From contig JBAQUL010000015.1 in the NCBI GenBank assembly GCA_049297495.1, positions 128,609-192,608 of the forward strand: DNA of 64,000 nucleotides. Direction: 5' to 3'. The notes beneath the pieces are model-generated. The model searched no databases. It was not told the origin of the DNA and worked only from the letters and a program-made list of their open reading frames with translations. The position numbers were made by a program, and so were the translations under genes. The first letter of the stretch is position 1. Every line of letters begins with the position of its first letter. Of this stretch, positions 60,151 to 64,000 are shown piece after piece. This stretch comes from Candidatus Moraniibacteriota bacterium (GTDB taxonomy: Bacteria; Patescibacteriota; Minisyncoccia; Moranbacterales; UBA2206).

Positions 60151-60561
60151 TTAAATCTTGCCACATCTGGGACACAAGCCTGAGACGGCTTGCATATGCT
60201 CGATTGAGCCGTGCATTTCGCATATCGACGGCGAGACGGTGACATGCTCTGTCAAGTACAATCCTGTATGCCCCGCATCGCAATAGTGTACAATGCATTC
60301 CACAGGCATCTTAAGGCTCGTCTCGACAATTTTCCCTACAGTTTTCGCGTCATGATCAGGCCGTCCCGGTTCAAGCAAATGCTTTGAACGACTGTCGTAA
60401 TTTATGACAAGCCGCTCCGGACATCTGCATGAAAGAAACTCGACCGTTACTGCCTTCCTTGAGATGCCTTCTTTTTCGAGAGCATCTCTTATTTCCTTTC
60501 TTAGGAGAAATAATTCGGAATCACTCGTAACTTCAGTAACTGGTATTGTAATGATTGGCAT
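60151..60561 (-). CDS. Tautomerase (4-oxalocrotonate tautomerase-like) family protein
   Basis: With the internal Met as start, the protein begins MPIITIPVTEVTSDSELFLLRKEIRDALEKEGISRKAVTVEF. This is the Pro-1 beta-alpha-beta tautomerase signature. Confidence 0.45.
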   Translation of the reverse strand: MPIITIPVTEVTSDSELFLLRKEIRDALEKEGISRKAVTVEFLSCRCPERLVINYDSRSKHLLEPGRPDHDAKTVGKIVETSLKMPVECIVHYCDAGHTGLYLTEHVTVSPSICEMHGSIEHMQAVSGLCPRCGKI

Positions 60562-60920
60562 TGAAAAAATCCTCCTCTTTTTACCCAAAGTTATTGGTAT
60601 ATATGTAACGATAATTATCGCTTTAAATTTATCATGAATTATTCAGGAACATCAAAAAATAATAGCATTTTATCCCTTATTTGTCAATGTTTTCATACTT
60701 GGTTCGAAGGCTCATTTCTCTACGCAAAAGCAAGGCCTATTAAAGCCTTGCTTTATATGCACGGGCTAGGATACACGCTTCGAACCAATATTTTGGAAAA
60801 TTGGGATAGGATTGATGTCAGATTAGCCCGTGCTCAAGCCTTATTAGAACAAATTTAAAAAATAAAAGAGGTTCGTGTAACATTACACGAACCTCTACAA
60901 TCAACCTACATTTTTGCAGA

Positions 60921-61865
60921 TTATTCAGTTGTTCTTACCTTTTCCTTGCCGACTTGTTTGGAAACAAGTAATGCCTCCGTCAGCTGGGATTGGATGTCAT
61001 TGATTGCCCCGGGAACGTATGGCAACATTATTACGCTTGAATTACCGGATGATGCAACATTGTTTAGCATGTCGTAGTGCTGAGTGATCATGAGCATCCT
61101 CATAACTTCTCCGCCTTCTGCGCCAGTACTCTCTTTCAGCATATCCACCGACTCTTTGAAGCCATTGGCGATCGCTTTGCGCTGGTCAGCAATGCCCTCG
61201 CCCTGAAGACGCTTGGTTTCTTTTTCCGCCTCGGCCTTCTTGACAGCAAGAATCTTTTCCGCCTCGCCTTTTTCCTGTGCGGCGACACGCAGACGCTGGG
61301 CTGCATTAATCTCATTCATTGAAGCCTTAACTTTCGCATCGGGATCAATATCCGTCACCAGCGTGTTCGTGATCGCATAACCGAATTGCTTCATTGTTTC
61401 GTCAAGTTTTGCTTTGACTGAATTGGCAATGGCATCTTTGTCGGTGAAAACGTCATCGAGATCTCGATCAGGAACCTGTGAACGAATGACGTCTAACACG
61501 TAAGACATGATTTGATTGCGGGGGTCACGCAGTTTATACCAGGCTTCGTTGACCTTATCCGTAAGGATATAATACATGACTGACACTTTTATCGTAACGA
61601 AAACATTATCGCGAGTCTTTGTCTCGACAGGCACACTCAACTCTTGCACCTGAAGACTTGGCCTACCGGCGACTTGGTCAACAAAAGCAATTTTAAATCC
61701 CAAACCAGGGTCAGCAATGCGGATAAATTTTCCGAAGCGCTCGATCACTCCCATTGTTTGTTGCTTGATAGTAAAAAATGCCGATGCAATTATCCCTACA
61801 AGCATCCCCAATACTGCCGTAACACTCACCACCGTGATGATAATTTTTACCCAATTCATTTCCAT
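60921..61865 (-). CDS. SPFH/Band-7 (stomatin/prohibitin-like) membrane protein
   Basis: N-terminal TM, SPFH core (GVIERFGKF...VETKTRDNVFVTIKVSVMYYI) and a C-terminal coiled coil. Confidence 0.85.
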   Translation of the reverse strand: MEMNWVKIIITVVSVTAVLGMLVGIIASAFFTIKQQTMGVIERFGKFIRIADPGLGFKIAFVDQVAGRPSLQVQELSVPVETKTRDNVFVTIKVSVMYYILTDKVNEAWYKLRDPRNQIMSYVLDVIRSQVPDRDLDDVFTDKDAIANSVKAKLDETMKQFGYAITNTLVTDIDPDAKVKASMNEINAAQRLRVAAQEKGEAEKILAVKKAEAEKETKRLQGEGIADQRKAIANGFKESVDMLKESTGAEGGEVMRMLMITQHYDMLNNVASSGNSSVIMLPYVPGAINDIQSQLTEALLVSKQVGKEKVRTTE

Positions 61866-62055
61866 TTCTTCCTCCTTGTATAGGTACTTGTTTTTTTCTG
61901 CGAGAATATCACAGGTTATGGCAAAATTACCATTAACAAATTATGGTAGCATGAAATAAATATTTAGTCAATATTCCATCATCCACCCATCTCAGTTCTA
62001 CCTTCTAATCACCCCACCAAAAAAGAGGCTTCATTAAGCCTCTTTTTGTGTGCTG

Positions 62056-62126
62056 CACGGGATGTAGGAATCGAACCTACGTTAGAAGTTTTGGAGACTC
62101 CCGTACTACCACTGTACGAATCCCGC
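62056..62126 (-). tRNA. tRNA-Trp (anticodon CCA)
   Basis: Hand-folded cloverleaf. Acceptor GCGGGAT/ATCCCGT (G1-U72 wobble). D arm GTAC-AGTGGTA-GTAC. Anticodon arm GGAGT-CTCCAAA-ACTTC. T arm GTAGG-TTCGATT-CCTAC. CCA not encoded. Confidence 0.8.
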
Positions 62127-62179
62127 TTACGCTAAAGCTTCAGCGTGGCAAGGCCCGCCCATAGCTTTAGATAAGAATT

Positions 62180-62335
62180 CTACTTCATTTCCTTATGCAA
62201 TGTGTGCTTTTTGCATTTTGGACAATGTTTTTTCATTTCCAATTTTTCCTTCAGTTTTTTCTTATTTCTGGTTGTGAAATAATTGATGTTAGCGCATTCC
62301 AAGCATTTCAGCTTTGCTAAGTTTTCTCGAGACAT
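62180..62335 (-). CDS. rpmG: 50S ribosomal protein L33
   Basis: Hand translation gives [51 protein letters not shown], with the L33 zinc-ribbon Cys pairs. It is below the 60-aa cutoff, so it is not in the ORF track. Confidence 0.9.
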   Translation of the reverse strand: MSRENLAKLKCLECANINYFTTRNKKKLKEKLEMKKHCPKCKKHTLHKEMK

Positions 62336-62388
62336 AATATTGTAAATTAATTTAACTTGATTAAACTTCTCTCTTCAATAATTCTGTG

Positions 62389-62461
62389 AGCCGTTGTCCG
62401 GAATCGGACCGGAGACCTTTTCCTTACCATGGAAATGCTCTACCGACTGAGCTACAACGGC
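62389..62461 (-). tRNA. tRNA-Thr (anticodon GGU)
   Basis: GCCGTTG-TA-GCTC-AGTCGGTA-GAGC-A-TTTCC-ATGGTAA-GGAAA-AGGTC-TCCGG-TCCGATT-CCGGA-CAACGGC-T. Confidence 0.8.
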
Positions 62462-62471
62462 ATGAATGATG

Positions 62472-62555
62472 TGGGCCGGGCAGGGTTCGAACCTGCGTAG
62501 ATACGAGATCGGCTGATTTACAGTCAGCTGCGATTGACCACTCCGCCACCGACCC
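62472..62555 (-). tRNA. tRNA-Tyr (anticodon GUA), long variable arm
   Basis: GGGTCGG...anticodon loop CTGTAAA...long extra arm...GCAGG-TTCGAAC-CCTGC-CCGGCCC-A. Confidence 0.8.
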
Positions 62556-62582
62556 ACTATTTCCTTTATTTTCATTTTTTTG

Positions 62583-62654
62583 AGCCGAAGATCGGAGTTG
62601 AACCGATAACCTACTGTTTACAAAACAGTTGCTCTGCCATTGAGCTACTTCGGC
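62583..62654 (-). tRNA. tRNA-Thr (anticodon UGU)
   Basis: GCCGAAG-TA-GCTC-AATGGCA-GAGC-A-ACTGT-TTTGTAA-ACAGT-AGGTT-ATCGG-TTCAACT-CCGAT-CTTCGGC-T. Confidence 0.8.
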
Positions 62655-62740
62655 AATTCACTTCACGCCGCTTCTGGTTTGCCCGCATTGTCATACAAAA
62701 CGTTGCAGGCGGACGCTATTTTTCATACCACACTATTCTA

Positions 62741-63523
62741 TCAGCTTCCCAGGATTTTTTCCAGTTTTCTTATTTTATATCTCGCATTCTTATTTGTTGG
62801 ATTCAATCTCAGCACTTGCTTGAAGCATTCTTTGGAATGTTCCAAGTTTTTTACTTCTAAGTAATACTCTCCCAGTCTTTCATATGCCTCGATATCTTTT
62901 GGATTTGCAGCAATCCTCTCTATTAGCAATTCCTCTAGGCGACTCTTAGTCTCTCGCCTTCTTTTGGGAACAACGACATGATCACTGACAAATGGTCGAA
63001 AAAACTTCTCCTCCACCTCCTCTTGTCTGGCTATTTGCTTTAGGCCCAATCTTTCGCGAATATTTCTTTTTTCCGGACTATATCTTCCCATTTTATCAAC
63101 AATACCATCCAATGCTTCATTTTCTTTCGGTTTAGCCAAATCTTCTTCGAATTGATCAGGTCTTGATTGAAACTCTGCATTTACGACATTATCATCTGTC
63201 TTGGGATTCCTTTTTTTTCTAATTCCCTCACCCCAAGTTTTCAGCGTATTTTCTAACTTCAAAAAAAGAATTCGAAAACGCTTGACCAACTTTTCCAGAA
63301 AAACCAATGAACCTTGCTTTAATTTTGAAGATACTCTCGATTCAGCTACGCCTCTATCGGAAAAATTACCAGAGCCTCCTGACGCTGCTCGAAACTCTCT
63401 TTCCTTTTCCATCTTCTCTTCTCTCTCCAAGCGATTAATTTCCGGAGCTTTCTTGACCAAAAAAATAATTATCCCAATAACGCTCAAAATCACTAAAATT
63501 GGTGGAATAATTGAATACAACAT
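62741..63523 (-). CDS. Membrane-anchored protein with C-terminal TPR-like repeat
   Basis: N-terminal TM, charged low-complexity middle, and a C-terminal TPR-like segment (AYERLGEYYLEVKNLEHSKECFKQVLRLNP). Confidence 0.45.
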   Translation of the reverse strand: MLYSIIPPILVILSVIGIIIFLVKKAPEINRLEREEKMEKEREFRAASGGSGNFSDRGVAESRVSSKLKQGSLVFLEKLVKRFRILFLKLENTLKTWGEGIRKKRNPKTDDNVVNAEFQSRPDQFEEDLAKPKENEALDGIVDKMGRYSPEKRNIRERLGLKQIARQEEVEEKFFRPFVSDHVVVPKRRRETKSRLEELLIERIAANPKDIEAYERLGEYYLEVKNLEHSKECFKQVLRLNPTNKNARYKIRKLEKILGS

Positions 63524-63541
63524 AAATTGAATAATTTTATT

Positions 63542-64000
63542 TTATTTGATCTGATCCTTCTTCATTGTCAGGTATTTTCCACTCTTCAGCTTAACCTTGA
63601 TTTCCTGTGTAATCGCATTTATCTCTATGACTGTGCCTTCTCCTTCGACTGTACTGATTGTGCTATAGGCCTCTGGCATTCCCACGAGCATCTCCCGATA
63701 ACTTTGTGCTTCGTATGCCAAACAACACATCAGTCTTCCACAAGCTCCCGAAATTCGCTCGGTCCCTCTGTGAGCTATTTGCTGAACCCTGGCCATATCC
63801 GTCGTAATACTAGGAATGTTATTTTTCGCCTTAATGCAACACATCGCTCTTCCACACACACCACAATCACCTAACTTTCTTGCTTCATCACGAGAACCGA
63901 TCTGCTGCATTCTGATTACCTTCTTAAACTTCAGAGAGAGATTCTTTACTAGCTCACGGAAATCAACCCTACCATCTGATGTAAAAATGAAAATTATTTG
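63542..64000 (-). CDS. PSP1 C-terminal domain protein (RicT/YaaT-like), extends beyond window end
   Basis: CGRLMCCLAYE signature. The reading frame is open upstream of the listed Met to the window edge (...FIFTSDGRVDFRELVKNLSLKFKKVIRMQQIGSRDEARKLG), matching the RicT core. Confidence 0.75.
   Translation of the reverse strand, partial: QIIFIFTSDGRVDFRELVKNLSLKFKKVIRMQQIGSRDEARKLGDCGVCGRAMCCIKAKNNIPSITTDMARVQQIAHRGTERISGACGRLMCCLAYEAQSYREMLVGMPEAYSTISTVEGEGTVIEINAITQEIKVKLKSGKYLTMKKDQIK

Noticed and set aside
59900-60298. 132-aa minus-strand ORF overlapping the tautomerase-family gene by about 150 nt in another frame
   Set aside because: The overlapping 60151..60561 frame gives a recognisable Pro-1 tautomerase signature. 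This ORF has no motif and is probably a GC-rich shadow frame.
62375-62864. ORFs 62375..62575 (-), 62534..62860 (+), 62640..62864 (+)
   Set aside because: They overlap three hand-folded tRNA genes (Thr, Tyr, Thr) and the real TPR-protein gene on the other strand.
1-64000. Alternative genetic code (UGA recoding, codes 4/25), as found in some small-genome lineages
   Set aside because: Long conserved proteins (Cas12a, PriA, HsdR, GluRS) are full-length under the standard code, and the tRNA-Trp has a CCA anticodon.

Overview
This 64 kb window is a low-GC (about 35-38 %) bacterial chromosome segment with a few higher-GC patches (about 45-48 %) that may be acquired. It is densely packed with small genes read in the standard code (the full-length ORFs and a tRNA-Trp with a CCA anticodon support this). 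The LCP, WecB/TagA and minimal Rrf2-IscS-IscU genes, together with the CPR-type Cas12a, are compatible with a Patescibacteria/CPR-like or similar small-genome bacterium, but that is inference. The housekeeping genes (gltX, priA, def, fmt, obg, yidD, groES, rpmG, four tRNAs) are recognisable by motif. Two defence loci stand out. (1) A type V-A CRISPR-Cas locus reduced to cas12a (574..4491) plus an 11-repeat, 10-spacer array (4812..5480) with the typical ...AATTTCTACTTTTGTAGAT repeat. No cas1, cas2 or cas4 lies on the same strand anywhere in the window. The only nearby nuclease is a divergently oriented, partial Cas4/RecB-like PD-(D/E)XK gene at the window start. (2) A type I restriction-modification operon on the minus strand, in transcription order hsdM, four unknown genes, hsdS, fic, a zinc-ribbon ORF and hsdR. 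The four tightly overlapping unknown genes are one predicted PD-(D/E)XK nuclease, one membrane-anchored protein and two with no recognisable domain. They sit between hsdM and hsdS, and I consider them the best candidate for an undescribed defence cassette. Other notable items are a 139-nt imperfect inverted-repeat element between rrf2 and iscS, and an intergenic region with three TGCA-N5-TGCA palindromes spaced about 108 bp apart. That intergenic region also carries a promoter/terminator-bounded candidate sRNA. Further items are a DUF3800/TspO/DinD(Bro-N) cluster, several stand-alone HD-domain (ppGpp-hydrolase-like) genes, and a higher-GC island of unknown genes at about 47.3-52.3 kb.
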